Origin: Candidatus Dadabacteria bacterium
GTDB taxonomy: Bacteria > Desulfobacterota_D > UBA1144 > Nemesobacterales > UBA2774
Reading direction: 5' to 3'
DNA: 64,000 nt
Assembly (NCBI GenBank): GCA_020849425.1
Contig: JADLGH010000080.1
Location: forward strand, 823 to 64,822
The position numbers were made by a program, and so were the translations under genes. Under the pieces are notes generated by a model. That model searched no databases and was not told where the DNA came from. It saw only the letters and a list, made by a program, of their open reading frames with translations. The stretch's first letter is position 1. Each line of letters starts with the position of its first letter. Shown in pieces: positions 31,738 through 40,704 of the stretch.

Positions 31738-31796
31738 ATAATCCGGGGCGGTGATTTCCCCGGCGACTTTTCCAAAGCTACCGTGCCGTGCGGCGT

Positions 31797-33359
31797 TTAG
31801 CTCGCGAAGGCCGTGGACCTTACTTCCCTTATTACGGTTATCTTTATCTGGCCCGGGTAGGCGACCTCGCGCTCTATCTTCTTCGCTATTTCGTGCGAGA
31901 GGAGCGCGCCCTCTTCGTCGTTCACCTTGGAGCTTTCGACTATGACCCTGACCTCGCGGCCCGCCTGTATGGCGTAGCACTTCTCGACGCCGCGGAACGA
32001 GCCCGCGATGCTCTCGATGTCGTTGATACGCTTGACGTAGGCTTCGTACGTCTCTCTCCGTGCGCCGGGACGGGCGGCGGAGATGGCGTCGGCGGCCTGG
32101 ACGAGGATGGCCAGGAGGAGCTGGGGGTGAGGGTCGTGCGCCATGGCGACGGCCTCGATTATCTCCTTGGGCTCGCCGTACTTACGGACGAGGTCTTCGC
32201 CGATGTCGACGTGGGAGCCCTCGATCTCGTGGTCTACGGCCTTGCCGATGTCGTGAAGGAGCCCTCCCCTCTTGGCGAGCTTTACGTCGTACCCGATCTC
32301 GGCGGCGAGTATGCCGCATATGAATGCGACCTCGATCGAGTGGTTGAGTATGTTCTGGGAGTAGCTGGTCCTGTACTTGAGCCTCCCGACGAGCTTTACG
32401 AGCTCGGGGTGCATCGACGGGATGCCGAGGTCGAAGAGCGCCGCCTCGCCGGCCTTTTGAATCTCGCGCTCGACTTCTTTTTCGACGTCGGAGACTATCT
32501 CTTCGATGCGGGCCGGGTGGATCCTGCCGTCGTTTATGAGCTTTTCGAGGGAAATCCTCGCTATCTCCCTTCGTATGGGGTTAAGCGAGGAAACTACTAC
32601 CGTCTCGGGGGTGTCGTCGATTATGATGTCGACGCCGGTCCTCGCCTCGATGGACCTTATGTTCCTGCCCTCGCGGCCTATAATCCTCCCCTTCATGTCG
32701 TCGTTCGGGAGGTTTACGACGGAGATGGTCTTTTCGCTCGTGTACTCGCCCGAGTATTTCTGTATGGCGAGGGCGATTATGTCCTTGGACCTGCGCTCGG
32801 CGTCCTCGTTGAGCTGCTCTTCAATCTGTTTCAGCTTCCTGGCGGCCTCGTGGCGGGCTTCGTCCTCGATGATGTTGACGAGCTCGTTCTTCGCGGCCTC
32901 TTGCGTCATGCCAGCTATGTCTTCTATTTTCTTTCTCGCTTCGTCTATTACGGAGTCGAGATCCCTCTGTTTGTCGGAAAGCGCCTGGTCTTTGGTGACG
33001 AGATCACGCTCTTTCCTCGTGACTTCGGACTCTCTTTTTTCAACTGCCTCGTACTTCTTGTCGAGCACTTCTTCACGCTTCTGGACCCTTTTTTCGGCCT
33101 TGAACAGCTCTTTTTGTTTCTCCCTTACCTCGAATTCTATTTCCGACGTTCTCTTTTCTACTATCTCCTTGGCTTTTAATTCACCCTGAATCCTTACCTT
33201 TTCCGCTTCCTTCCTGGCATTTTCGACGATAATTTCGGCTTCGTCCTTTTTTAGACCAATCTTCTTTTTAAGTTCCATTTGTCTGTAAAGGTGATGAAGC
33301 AAAAAACCCAGCACGAAAGCTACGGCCGCGAACACGGCCGATATTATCCATGCAGACAT
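31797..33359 (-). CDS. rny: Ribonuclease Y
   Basis: N-terminal TM helix, a long Lys/Glu coiled coil, a KH domain (GRIIGREGRNIR) and an HD domain (LLHDIGKA). Confidence 0.95.
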   Translation of the reverse strand: MSAWIISAVFAAVAFVLGFLLHHLYRQMELKKKIGLKKDEAEIIVENARKEAEKVRIQGELKAKEIVEKRTSEIEFEVREKQKELFKAEKRVQKREEVLDKKYEAVEKRESEVTRKERDLVTKDQALSDKQRDLDSVIDEARKKIEDIAGMTQEAAKNELVNIIEDEARHEAARKLKQIEEQLNEDAERRSKDIIALAIQKYSGEYTSEKTISVVNLPNDDMKGRIIGREGRNIRSIEARTGVDIIIDDTPETVVVSSLNPIRREIARISLEKLINDGRIHPARIEEIVSDVEKEVEREIQKAGEAALFDLGIPSMHPELVKLVGRLKYRTSYSQNILNHSIEVAFICGILAAEIGYDVKLAKRGGLLHDIGKAVDHEIEGSHVDIGEDLVRKYGEPKEIIEAVAMAHDPHPQLLLAILVQAADAISAARPGARRETYEAYVKRINDIESIAGSFRGVEKCYAIQAGREVRVIVESSKVNDEEGALLSHEIAKKIEREVAYPGQIKITVIREVRSTAFAS

Positions 33360-33374
33360 TTTGGCTACCTCCTG

Positions 33375-34133
33375 TTATTCTCTTGCGATAAATACCCCCG
33401 ATTCCGTTATCACCATACCGCAACCGAGGTCATGCTCCCCCCGGGGCACGGATTTCAGCACCTGAAAGCCGTACGCGAGGGCAATTCTCTTTCCGCGCGG
33501 GACTGCAGACAACGCGCGGTCGTAATATCCCTTCCCGTAACCGATCCTGTTTCCCGAAACGTCGAAAGCCACGCCGGGAACGAGGACTAGGTCGAGCCCC
33601 GAGACGTCGGCCGCCGGGGCCGAGGCCGGGGGCTCGGGAATGCCGTAGGCGCCGGGGGAGAGCGCGGACAAATCGCTCACCCTCCGGAATACGAGACCGC
33701 CTTCCCGGGCTACGGGGAAATAAGCCTCTTTGCCGGAGGCCGTTATGTCGCTGAAAATTGCGGATGTATCGACTTCGTTTCTGACGGGGGAATAAAGGGC
33801 TATGCGGGCCGCGGCCCCGTAGCATTCGAGTGCGGCGAGCCTCCGGAATATGGACCCGCTCTTGAGCGCGAGCTCTTCACGGCGGCTGTTTATCCTCAGA
33901 TCCAGTACAAAAGAGCGGACGGAATCCTTCTCTCTGAAAAGATTTAAACCCCCTGCTTCGGGAACGGAACGGAGCTCTTTAACCCTTTTAAAATCATCTG
34001 TATTTATACGAGTCTTCCAGTTCTTCTCTTCCGAGTCCTTCTCTAAGAACGCCTTCGTCCAAACCGAATGTTTCTTTATCGTTGAGGGAGTTATCCAATA
34101 TTTTGACCAATCTGCTAGATCTCTCTTCGGCAC
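33375..34133 (-). CDS. 5-formyltetrahydrofolate cyclo-ligase (start codon uncertain)
   Basis: Family similarity begins near residue ~68 of the ORF. C-terminal blocks LDLVLVPGVAFD..G.R.GYGKGYYDR are diagnostic. The only ATG/GTG/TTG upstream of that region is the ATG at 34133, which overlaps zapA by 140 nt. Confidence 0.75.
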   Translation of the reverse strand: MPKRDLADWSKYWITPSTIKKHSVWTKAFLEKDSEEKNWKTRINTDDFKRVKELRSVPEAGGLNLFREKDSVRSFVLDLRINSRREELALKSGSIFRRLAALECYGAAARIALYSPVRNEVDTSAIFSDITASGKEAYFPVAREGGLVFRRVSDLSALSPGAYGIPEPPASAPAADVSGLDLVLVPGVAFDVSGNRIGYGKGYYDRALSAVPRGKRIALAYGFQVLKSVPRGEHDLGCGMVITESGVFIARE

Positions 34134-34356
34134 TTTCTTTAAATTCCTTGAAGTCCTTCAGTAGCTTGAAGTAATCATCGGCAATCTTCAGCATGGCAAG
34201 CAAAACCGGCCTCGGCACGGCGGCGCCGCTCTCCTGGCCGGAGATTTCCTTTATCTTCTGTTCGAGATAAGAAGCTATCTCCTGAACGTAACTCTCGTCA
34301 GCATCTGTCTTAATGAAATACTCGATGTCGAAAAACCTTATCTTAAGACGCTTCAA
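33994..34356 (-). CDS. zapA: Cell division protein ZapA
   Basis: 120 aa. The N-terminal pattern (KIRFFDIEYFIKTD.DESYVQEIASYLEQKI) plus a C-terminal helix fit ZapA. Conserved position next to the 5-FCL gene. Confidence 0.8.
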   Translation of the reverse strand: MKRLKIRFFDIEYFIKTDADESYVQEIASYLEQKIKEISGQESGAAVPRPVLLAMLKIADDYFKLLKDFKEFKESAEERSSRLVKILDNSLNDKETFGLDEGVLREGLGREELEDSYKYR

Positions 34357-34357
34357 C

Positions 34358-34612
34358 CTATGCCTCTGACCTGCTCAAATATATCTCGACCTTCTCAATA
34401 ACCCTGTCGAGCTTCTGCTTTATTTCATCTCTTTCTTTTTCCAGTCTCTTGACACTATCCCTGAGTTTCGATACTTCTTCAAGGAGGTTTTTATGCTCCA
34501 CCTCGAGCCTTGTTTTCCTCGACAAAGCCTCTTTGATTTTGCCTTCTAGAATATCCATTGTTTCCATTGTCTTACACATCACAAGTTTAATCTTATCTTG
34601 AAATTTATGCAA
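34358..34612 (-). CDS. Small coiled-coil protein, ZapB-like (start uncertain)
   Basis: 84-aa heptad-rich ORF ending 1 nt before the zapA start. The track start at 34612 is a TTG. In-frame ATGs at 34579, 34567 and 34558 are alternatives. Confidence 0.5.
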   Translation of the reverse strand: MHKFQDKIKLVMCKTMETMDILEGKIKEALSRKTRLEVEHKNLLEEVSKLRDSVKRLEKERDEIKQKLDRVIEKVEIYLSRSEA

Positions 34613-34636
34613 GATGTGTGATGATATTAGTCTGAA

Positions 34637-35710
34637 ATGCCAGAAACCGGTATGCTCAAGCGGCTCGAGGAAGTCGAGAAAAAGTACCTCGAAATAGAGC
34701 GGAATTTAAACAGCCCGGACATCAGTCCGCCGGAAATTCATAAGTATTCCAAGGAACTTTCGGACCTCGACGAGATAGTCGAGACATACAGGAGCTATAA
34801 AATAACGCTCGAAAGAATAGAGGAGAACAAGGCCCTTTTGAAGGATAAGGACCTCGGGGAGCTTGCGCGCGAGGAGCTGGAGGAGCTGGAGCAGGGGCTG
34901 GAGCGGCTCGAAAACGAGCTCAGGACGCTGCTCTTGCCGAAAGACCCTAACGACGCAAAAAACGTCTTCCTCGAAATAAGGGCCGGCACCGGCGGCGACG
35001 AGGCGGCCCTATTTGCGGCGGACCTCTTCAGGATGTACTCGAAGTATGCCGAGGCCAGGAGGTGGAAGGTCGAGGTGATAAGCATAAGCGAGACGGGGAT
35101 AGGCGGCATAAAGGAAGCCGTGGCCGCGATAGAGGGGAAGAACGTATTCAGCCGCATGAAGTACGAGAGCGGCGTGCACAGGGTGCAGAGGGTGCCGTCG
35201 ACCGAGACCGGCGGGCGGATTCATACGTCTACCGCCACCGTGGCGATCCTCGCCGAGCCGGACGAGGTAGAGGTGGACATAGACGAGACGGAGCTCAAGA
35301 TCGACACGTACAGGGCGTCCGGGCCGGGCGGGCAGCACGTGAACAAGACCGACTCGGCGATAAGGATAACCCACCTGCCGACGGGAATAGTCGTACAGTG
35401 CCAGGACGAGAGGTCACAGCATAAGAACCGGGCCCACGCGATGAGGATGCTCCGGGCGAAGCTCTACGATATGGAAGAGGAGAAGCGGAGGAACGAGATA
35501 GCGAGCGCAAGAAAGAGCCTCGTCGGAACGGGGGACAGGAGCGAGAAAATACGAACCTATAACTACAGGGACGGCAGGATAACGGACCACAGGATCGGGC
35601 TTACGTTGTACAAGATAGAGGCTATACTGAACGGGGAGCTCGACGAGCTGGTCGACGCCCTGACGGCCTATTACCAGACCGAAATCCTGAAACAGGCGGC
35701 GTATTCCTGA
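34637..35710 (+). CDS. prfA: Peptide chain release factor 1
   Basis: GGQ motif (SGPGGQHVNKTDSAIRITH) and an RF1-type PST tripeptide (RVPSTE). Confidence 0.95.
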   Translation: MPETGMLKRLEEVEKKYLEIERNLNSPDISPPEIHKYSKELSDLDEIVETYRSYKITLERIEENKALLKDKDLGELAREELEELEQGLERLENELRTLLLPKDPNDAKNVFLEIRAGTGGDEAALFAADLFRMYSKYAEARRWKVEVISISETGIGGIKEAVAAIEGKNVFSRMKYESGVHRVQRVPSTETGGRIHTSTATVAILAEPDEVEVDIDETELKIDTYRASGPGGQHVNKTDSAIRITHLPTGIVVQCQDERSQHKNRAHAMRMLRAKLYDMEEEKRRNEIASARKSLVGTGDRSEKIRTYNYRDGRITDHRIGLTLYKIEAILNGELDELVDALTAYYQTEILKQAAYS

Positions 35711-35834
35711 CCGGCACGTGTTAAACTACACCCGCCATTCCGGGCAGTCCCGCCCGGCGCCGGATAGACCTGAAAAGTTTCATAATTCAGAAGCTTTTAT
35801 TGTATTTAACGACAACGGTTAATAGAATATAGAC

Positions 35835-36647
35835 ATGGACTTCTACTGGGTTCCCGTTCTCTGCTACTTCGTGGCCACGGTATTCTACATGGGCCACCTT
35901 TTCATGAACCAGAAAAGCGGTTCGAGAATAGGGTTTTACATAGTCGTCCTGGGTACGGTATTCCAGGCCGCGAGCCTCGCCGTATTATTCGTGAGGGGAG
36001 TCCCCATAGCCGGGGGGCTCGACACCACGCTCTATCTATTCGCCCTCTTCATCACCATGGCGTTTATAGGATCGCAGTTAAAGTTCAACGCCCCCATAAT
36101 CGGGACGTTCGTCTCGCCGCTGGCGTTTATCATGACGCTCCCGCACGTTATATTGCCGAAGGGGATGATAGAGCACGACCCCTCGCTCACGAACCCGTGG
36201 GTGCTCGTGCACATAGTGCTCATACTCCTGGGAGAGGCGCTCTTCACCGTGGCTTTCATATCGGGCGTGCTGTACATATTCGAGGAGAGAAAGATTAAAT
36301 CGAAGCACGTGGGCAGCTTTCTTCGGAAATTGCCGTCGCTGACTACGCTCGACAGGATAAACCACATATGCCTTCTCACGGGGTTTCCGCTGCTGACGAT
36401 CGGGCTTGCGCTGGGGCTCCTCCTGGCGAAGGAGATATGGGGAGAGTACTGGGTGTGGGGGCAGAAGGAGACGTGGTCGATGGTGACCTGGCTCCTTTAC
36501 GCGATACTCCTCCACGGCAGGCTGTCTTCGGGCTGGAAAGGGAAGAAGGCGGCCTTCGGCGCCGTGCTCGGCTTCGGGATAATCCTCTTTACACTGTTCG
36601 TAATCGGCTACATATCGCCGGGCCAGCACGATTTCCTGGAATATTAG
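35835..36647 (+). CDS. Cytochrome c assembly protein, CcsA/HemX-like
   Basis: 270 aa, eight hydrophobic helices, Trp-rich motif WGEYWVWGQKETWS plus a conserved His (LLHGRL). Confidence 0.8.
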   Translation: MDFYWVPVLCYFVATVFYMGHLFMNQKSGSRIGFYIVVLGTVFQAASLAVLFVRGVPIAGGLDTTLYLFALFITMAFIGSQLKFNAPIIGTFVSPLAFIMTLPHVILPKGMIEHDPSLTNPWVLVHIVLILLGEALFTVAFISGVLYIFEERKIKSKHVGSFLRKLPSLTTLDRINHICLLTGFPLLTIGLALGLLLAKEIWGEYWVWGQKETWSMVTWLLYAILLHGRLSSGWKGKKAAFGAVLGFGIILFTLFVIGYISPGQHDFLEY

Positions 36648-36764
36648 CCCGGAGGGCCGCTTCTCCGCTTCTTCGGTTACTTCCCCGGGGCTCTCCTTGA
36701 AAAGGACGATTCCACCGAGAGAAATAACCATGCGGGATCTGCCGCCGCATTCCGGCCCCCCCTT

Positions 36765-37925
36765 TCACCTCACCTTCATTATCTCGATAATCTCGCCCCT
36801 GCTAACGGAGAGGATTCTCGGGAGGGGGGATATTCGAAGGCCCCCGGCAATGTCTTTCTTTATTTTATATTCCGGAGACGAGGCGAGTTTTTCGAGCGAT
36901 TCGAGGAACGACCGGCCGTCGCCGCCACCGCCGTCCGCCGCTTTTAACATGAGAGAGACGCCGCTATATATAAGGTATTCGAAGGAGCCCGGCTTCTCCC
37001 CGTGCCGCGCCTCGAAGTCTTTACCGAAGCGCACCCAGTCGCCGTCGCCGAAGTGAAAGAAGTCCGTGTAGACGGCCCTGTAGACAAAGCCGTCGATCCG
37101 GCCGCCGGCGAGTTCGAGGAAGAGCGGGCTGTTCCACGTCGCGGGGCCGAGGAAGAGGACGTCCGAGAGACGCGGGTTTTGCTTGAGGCGGAGTATGATT
37201 TCGGCGGATGCAGACGCCCCGTCGGGTATGAATATGGCGTCGGGGCTTATGGAGGCTATCCATTCCGTCTCGCCCGGGAGGCCGGTCTCGCCCGGAGGAT
37301 AGCCCTTTTCGTAGACTATCTTTCCGCCGGAGCTAGCCGCGGCCTCCTTGAAAAGCGCCGCGAGCTCCCTTCCGGAACCGGTTTCGGGGTAGAGGATTCC
37401 GAACGTGCGCGCCCCGAGATCGCGGGCAGCGTAGGAGGAAAGTACTTTTGCCTGCTCTTCGAGCGGGTAGAAGAACTCGGCGACATAAGGGCCGCCCCGG
37501 GATTCGCTTTCCGAGACGGGGAATATTATCATCGGGACCTTCGCCCGGCCGGCCCGCCCGGCGGCGGCAGCGGCGTAGGAAGAGGGGATGGGGCCGATTA
37601 TGAAGGAGAGGCCGGGCACGGCGAGGAGATCGTCCAGCGCCGAGGGAAGGTTCCGCCCGTCGCTGCCCGTGTCCTTCACTATGAGCCTGTAACCGCCCGG
37701 GCTCGGGCCCTGCCCCGCCGCCGTGAGTATGCCCTTGAGCGCCCTCTCGCCGACGGCCGCGTATTTTCCGCTGAGTGGGAGAAGACATCCGACGGGAATT
37801 TCGCCGCCGGCAGGAACCCCGGTATCGGCGGGCGACCCGGGCTGGGCCGCCGGCTGGGAGCGCCCCGGCGCAGCAAGGACCGAAAGCCCCAGGAGTAAGG
37901 CAAGGCCGAGGAGGATCCGCATCAA
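36765..37925 (-). CDS. Periplasmic binding protein, type 1 (Leu/Ile/Val-binding / LpoA-like family)
   Basis: Signal peptide. PVGCLLPLSGKYAAVGE..L.G is typical of the Peripla_BP_6 fold. Substrate unknown. Confidence 0.6.
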   Translation of the reverse strand: MMRILLGLALLLGLSVLAAPGRSQPAAQPGSPADTGVPAGGEIPVGCLLPLSGKYAAVGERALKGILTAAGQGPSPGGYRLIVKDTGSDGRNLPSALDDLLAVPGLSFIIGPIPSSYAAAAAGRAGRAKVPMIIFPVSESESRGGPYVAEFFYPLEEQAKVLSSYAARDLGARTFGILYPETGSGRELAALFKEAAASSGGKIVYEKGYPPGETGLPGETEWIASISPDAIFIPDGASASAEIILRLKQNPRLSDVLFLGPATWNSPLFLELAGGRIDGFVYRAVYTDFFHFGDGDWVRFGKDFEARHGEKPGSFEYLIYSGVSLMLKAADGGGGDGRSFLESLEKLASSPEYKIKKDIAGGLRISPLPRILSVSRGEIIEIMKVR

Positions 37926-38090
37926 GGAATATAGTTACCGTTTTCAGGCGGCATTTACAGGGACGACGGCAAATATGCGGTTTCCGGGGAAATCCACGAA
38001 ATTACGCTAATGCTATGACCAGAGCGAGGCCGGGAGCGCATCCTACATTCATCATTACGAAATATTATTGTGCAACTGCTAACTAAAACC

Positions 38091-38118
38091 TTGACAAAAG
38101 GCCCTGCCGGATTATATT
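38091..38118 (+). promoter_or_regulatory. Sigma-70-like promoter of the PHA locus (TTGACA-N16-TATATT)
   Basis: TTGACA at 38091-38096 and TATATT at 38113-38118. A strong SD (AAAGGAGAGG) precedes the ATG at 38143. Confidence 0.5.
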
Positions 38119-38142
38119 TGTACTGAAAGGAGAGGTAAACAT

Positions 38143-38565
38143 ATGCAGAAAAGTAAAGCGCAGAAGATTGTTACACCGGAAGCGGCTACGAACGGAAATT
38201 CCGGCGAGGCTCTAAAAGAGATAAGCGGAATAGTAAAGGAAAATTATCTTATAGGGCTCGACGCCGCTCATTCCCTCATCGAGGAGAACAAGCGGTTGGT
38301 GGATTCCCAGCTGGAGCATTTGAACAGGATACAGAAGGAATACGCCGAGCAGGTCAAGTCCGCAATCGGCTCGATGCCCGGCGAGTACGCCGTGTGGGAC
38401 ATTGGCGGAGGGCTCGATCTCTTGCTCGAATTCCAGAACCGATGCTTTGCGGCCGCGAAGAAGACCTCGGACAACTATACGAAAGAATTTCTGGACCTGA
38501 ACCAGAAGTCGGCGGAGAGGGTTTTTTCCGCCGTGGACAGGTTCGTGAGCTCGCTGGAGCATTAA
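38143..38565 (+). CDS. Phasin-like helical protein (putative)
   Basis: 140 aa, all-helical, no TM segment. First gene of a locus ending in phaC. Weak resemblance to Phasin_2 proteins, by eye only. Confidence 0.45.
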   Translation: MQKSKAQKIVTPEAATNGNSGEALKEISGIVKENYLIGLDAAHSLIEENKRLVDSQLEHLNRIQKEYAEQVKSAIGSMPGEYAVWDIGGGLDLLLEFQNRCFAAAKKTSDNYTKEFLDLNQKSAERVFSAVDRFVSSLEH

Positions 38566-38660
38566 AAAGGACCCCACCGGGTTTCTCCCCAAGCGGGGTT
38601 ATATAGTATAATATACGTAGCGAGTATATAAAATCGTATGGCTGATCGGGCCGGAGGGAA

Positions 38661-39032
38661 GTGGTGAGCAAACAGAAAGAGTACGCCGAAATGTATTACT
38701 TCGGATACTTCAAGAAACTCTACGAATCGTGGGAAGAGTCCACGAACAAGATGATGGACGTATGGATGAACAGCCCGTTCATGGACAGGGCCGTCGAAAA
38801 ATCGTCCGAGTTCAAGGATTACATACACGGCTTTATAGAGCAAACGCTCGAAACCCGGTGCTCGCCCCAAAAGAGGGAAATGGGCCGCCTGGTCGATATA
38901 ATAGACTCGCTCGAAGCGAAAATAGCCGAGCTCGAACAGAAGATAGCGAGCCTCGAGTCGAGGCCCGCCAGGACCGCGGCCAAAAGAGCCGCGGCGAAGA
39001 AACCGGCGAGGAAAGCCAAGGAGAAGAAATAA
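38661..39032 (+). CDS. PhaR/PhaE-like PHA synthase-associated protein, paralogue 1, Lys-rich tail
   Basis: Shares FKKLYESWEE..W.NSPF and a heptad C-terminal segment with the next ORF. Tail is RPARTAAKRAAAKKPARKAKEKK. GTG start at 38661 or 38664 (SD GGAGG just upstream). Confidence 0.55.
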   Translation: MVSKQKEYAEMYYFGYFKKLYESWEESTNKMMDVWMNSPFMDRAVEKSSEFKDYIHGFIEQTLETRCSPQKREMGRLVDIIDSLEAKIAELEQKIASLESRPARTAAKRAAAKKPARKAKEKK

Positions 39033-39484
39033 TGAGCAGCGAAAGCTTCGATTATTCAGAGCAATACAAGAAACTTTACGAGGCGTGGGAGAAGACCATG
39101 TCCGAGGCCATGGACGTGTGGAAGAAAAACCCGCTCGTGAAAACCGGCGTCGAAGAGGCGGAAGATTACGACCCGATGGAGCAGTATAAAAAGTTCTACG
39201 ACGCATGGGAGAAATCGTCCTCGGAGATACTGGAGAAGTGGGTGAACAGCCCCCTCTTCGCCGCGAACATAGGAAAGGCCGTCGAGCACTCGTCGGGCCT
39301 TAAGAAGCACTTCGACGAAGCCGTCGAGAAGGTGCTAAAGAACATGAGGTTCCCGACCAAGACCGACATCGAACGGGTGCTCTCCTCGATAAACAACCTC
39401 GAGGAAAAGATAAACGATCTTACAGACAAGCTGGACGATGTAAGCACACCGCCGCCCGCCGCAAGCACGCGGAAGAAGAAGTAA
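39032..39484 (+). CDS. PhaR-like PHA synthase subunit/regulator, paralogue 2
   Basis: ATG at 39032 (38729+303) overlaps the previous stop (TAATG), with SD AAGGAG upstream. FPTKTDIERVLSSINNLEEKINDL resembles the Bacillus PhaR core as I recall it. Confidence 0.7.
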   Translation: MSSESFDYSEQYKKLYEAWEKTMSEAMDVWKKNPLVKTGVEEAEDYDPMEQYKKFYDAWEKSSSEILEKWVNSPLFAANIGKAVEHSSGLKKHFDEAVEKVLKNMRFPTKTDIERVLSSINNLEEKINDLTDKLDDVSTPPPAASTRKKK

Positions 39485-39554
39485 ACGGGCGCCGCTCATA
39501 TCCGTATTTCATACGCACGGCCGCAAAAATCAAGGGCCGGGGAGACCGAAAAAA

Positions 39555-40628
39555 ATGGCGACAAAATCCACGAAATTCATTCCGGCTTTAGACGACGTAG
39601 AGAAGGCAAGGGAAAAATTCTTAAAGGCGCTCGACATAACGCTTTTAAACCCGCCGGACGTCGAAGTGGGCGCCAGCCCGCACGAGGTGATATTCACCGA
39701 GAACAAGCTGAGGCTCCTGCATTATTACCCGCAGACGGAGGAAGCCTGCTCCACGCCCCTCATATTAGTGTTCGCACTCGTTAACAGACCATACATACTC
39801 GACCTTATGCCCGGAAGGAGCGTGGTCGAGGTGCTTCTTAAAAAGGGGATACCGGTTTATCTCATAGACTGGGGCTCGCCCGGAGACGAGGACAAGAACC
39901 TCGACCTCAACCACTACATAAACAGGTACATACACAAGGTGGTGCAGAAGGTGAAGAAGCATTCGGGCTCGGACAAGGTGAACATCCTCGGATACTGTAT
40001 GGGCGGGACCATGTCGGCCATGTATACCGCGCTTCACCCCGAAGAGGTCAGGAACCTGATACTCATGACGGCCGGTATAGATTTCAAGGTGGAGGGCACG
40101 CTTAACCTGTGGGGCGACAAGCCGAATTTCAACGTGGACAAGTTCATAGACGCTTACGGCAATGCGCCGGCGGATTTCCTCCAGTCGGGCTTTCTCATCA
40201 TGAAACCGATACAGAACCTCGTTTCGAAATACGTGAACTTCTACGAGAACGTGGACAACGAGGCTTTCCTCGAGAGCTTCCTCGCGATGGAGAAGTGGCT
40301 CAACGACAACATACCCGTCGCGGGCGAAGTGTACAGGGAGTTCATAAAGTACCTGTACCAGGAGAACCAGCTCGTCGAGGACAAGCTCAAGATAAACGGA
40401 AAGCCCGTTCACCTGAAGGATATAAAGTGCCCGGTCCTTAACCTGATAGCCGAGAACGACCACCTGGTGCCGCCGGCGTCGAGCATCGTTTTCAACGACC
40501 TCGTCTCAAGCGAGGACAAGAAGACCATCGTATTCCCGGCCGGACACATAGGGCTTTCCGTGAGCGGAAAATCGCTCAAGGGGCTTTGGCCGGAGGTTTC
40601 CGACTGGATCATAGAAAGGTCTAACTAA
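39555..40628 (+). CDS. phaC: Poly(3-hydroxyalkanoate) synthase PhaC, class III/IV type
   Basis: 357 aa (short-type synthase). Alpha/beta hydrolase with lipase-box cysteine GYCMGG. Conserved Asp/His region near the C-terminus (ENDHLVP..GHIGL). Confidence 0.9.
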   Translation: MATKSTKFIPALDDVEKAREKFLKALDITLLNPPDVEVGASPHEVIFTENKLRLLHYYPQTEEACSTPLILVFALVNRPYILDLMPGRSVVEVLLKKGIPVYLIDWGSPGDEDKNLDLNHYINRYIHKVVQKVKKHSGSDKVNILGYCMGGTMSAMYTALHPEEVRNLILMTAGIDFKVEGTLNLWGDKPNFNVDKFIDAYGNAPADFLQSGFLIMKPIQNLVSKYVNFYENVDNEAFLESFLAMEKWLNDNIPVAGEVYREFIKYLYQENQLVEDKLKINGKPVHLKDIKCPVLNLIAENDHLVPPASSIVFNDLVSSEDKKTIVFPAGHIGLSVSGKSLKGLWPEVSDWIIERSN

Positions 40629-40646
40629 AGAAAATCACCACACAAA

Positions 40647-40680
40647 GAAAAAAGCGGCGGCTTGCCGGCCGCCGCTTTGA
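40647..40680. terminator. Bidirectional intrinsic terminator between phaC and the reductase gene
   Basis: A6 tract, stem AAGCGGCGGC (40652-40661), short loop, stem GCCGCCGCTT (40668-40677), then T. It reads as hairpin plus U-tract on both strands. Confidence 0.7.
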
Positions 40681-40704
40681 CCCATAGGATTTCCAATCGG
40701 GCGT

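Noticed and set aside
33930-33994. 6S RNA (ssrS) between zapA and the 5-FCL gene, as in E. coli-type synteny
   Set aside because: The gap between the zapA stop and the start of 5-FCL homology is only ~60 nt, far short of a ~180-nt 6S RNA. No long irregular hairpin is evident.
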